Shown one piece after another: positions 51,712-52,163 of a stretch of 52,163 bases of DNA. Made by a program: the position numbers and the translations under genes. Each line of letters opens with the position of its first letter. The first letter of the stretch is position 1. The notes under the pieces are model-generated. The model had not been told where the DNA came from, did no database searches, and saw nothing but the letters and a program-made list of their open reading frames with translations. The DNA lies in the IMG/VR virus record IMGVR_UViG_3300025888_000001. One strand, 5' to 3'. The stretch is from a virus.

Positions 51712-52163
51712 AACTTATTAAACTCACACAGGGTAAATTTACACAGGTTGATGATTCTGATTACGAATGGTTAAATCAGTGGAAATGGCAGGCACACAAA
51801 GATAGGAATACATATTATGCTGTACGCGCATCTTATAAGCCGAAAAGGAAAACAATTTTAATGCACAGGTTAATTCTCAATACTCCAATTGGACTCAAGT
51901 CAGATCATGGAGATCGTAATGGATTAAATAATCAGAGATTTAATTTAAGACCAGCAACCGGTAGTCAAAATGCAATGAATCAAAAACCTCATAGCTCTAC
52001 TGGTTACATTGGAGTTTATGTTCAAAACAAAAGGGTAAATACTCAATTTCAAGCATCTATAAGGGTAAATAAAAAGAATATAAGTCTAGGTTATTATAAA
52101 ACTCCTGAAGATGCTGCTCGTGCCAGAGATAGGGCATCTATAAAATACTTTGGTGAATTTGCA
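51708..52163 (+). CDS. HNH-AP2 homing endonuclease (copy 3). Runs off the window end and continues at 1..145.
   Basis: MKLIKLTQGKF..., SDHGDRNGLNNQRFNLR, YIGVY...SLGYYKTPEDAARARDRASIKYFGEFA. Confidence 0.8.
   Translation, partial: MKLIKLTQGKFTQVDDSDYEWLNQWKWQAHKDRNTYYAVRASYKPKRKTILMHRLILNTPIGLKSDHGDRNGLNNQRFNLRPATGSQNAMNQKPHSSTGYIGVYVQNKRVNTQFQASIRVNKKNISLGYYKTPEDAARARDRASIKYFGEFA
52037..52163. repeat. Terminal direct repeat, second copy
   Basis: Identical to 1..127. Confidence 0.9.

Noticed and set aside
1-52163. tRNA genes, an integrase/attP site, and toxin-antitoxin or known defence-system genes.
   Set aside because: I scanned the intergenic regions (3191-3562, 13307-13520, 40339-40628, 46080-46211, 48918-49422) for T-arm-like GGTTCRANYC and cloverleaf pairings and found none. 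No tyrosine or serine recombinase motifs appear in any ORF.

Overview
The window appears to be a complete, circularly closed genome of a tailed dsDNA phage. Bases 1-127 are identical to 52037-52163, so the unique length is about 52,036 bp. Every credible gene is on the + strand and tightly packed, with many ATGA/TAATG overlaps. A Bacteroidota host is an inference, not shown: it rests on the AT-rich sequence, few Shine-Dalgarno sites, several lipobox lipoproteins and TTTG-N20-TAnnTTTG promoter boxes.

Modules, by motifs read by eye (no searches were run):
- 147-3190: small early genes, including a DnaA domain IV-like HTH protein.
- 3563-7898: packaging genes (small and large terminase, portal).
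- 7898-11252: a sugar-modification island (two GT2, one Caps_synth-like glycosyltransferase, one SAM methyltransferase, one HNH) wedged between portal and the MuF-like head protein.
- 14285-14941: two tandem Cys-rich lipoprotein morons.
- 15126-19960: scaffold, major capsid and head-tail genes.
- 19971-23933: a 1320-aa fibre / beta-helix / 26-residue-repeat protein.
- 24221-26966: tail chaperones with a -1 frameshift, then the tape measure (siphovirus-like; no sheath gene seen).
- 26963-35942: distal tail, fibre and depolymerase genes.
- 35948-40338: a lysis region with an M15 endolysin, small membrane proteins and a caspase-like protease whose His segment is relocated to the C-terminus.
- 40629-51549: a DNA-metabolism module (YopX x2, YqaJ exonuclease, VRR-NUC-like nuclease, three DNA methyltransferase-like genes, PAPS-reductase-like protein, DUF1376).

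Six homing-endonuclease-like genes (3 HNH-AP2, 2 GIY-YIG, 1 HNH) are scattered through the genome. No tRNA, CRISPR array, integrase, reverse transcriptase, DNA polymerase or helicase was recognised. All family assignments need HMM and structure confirmation.
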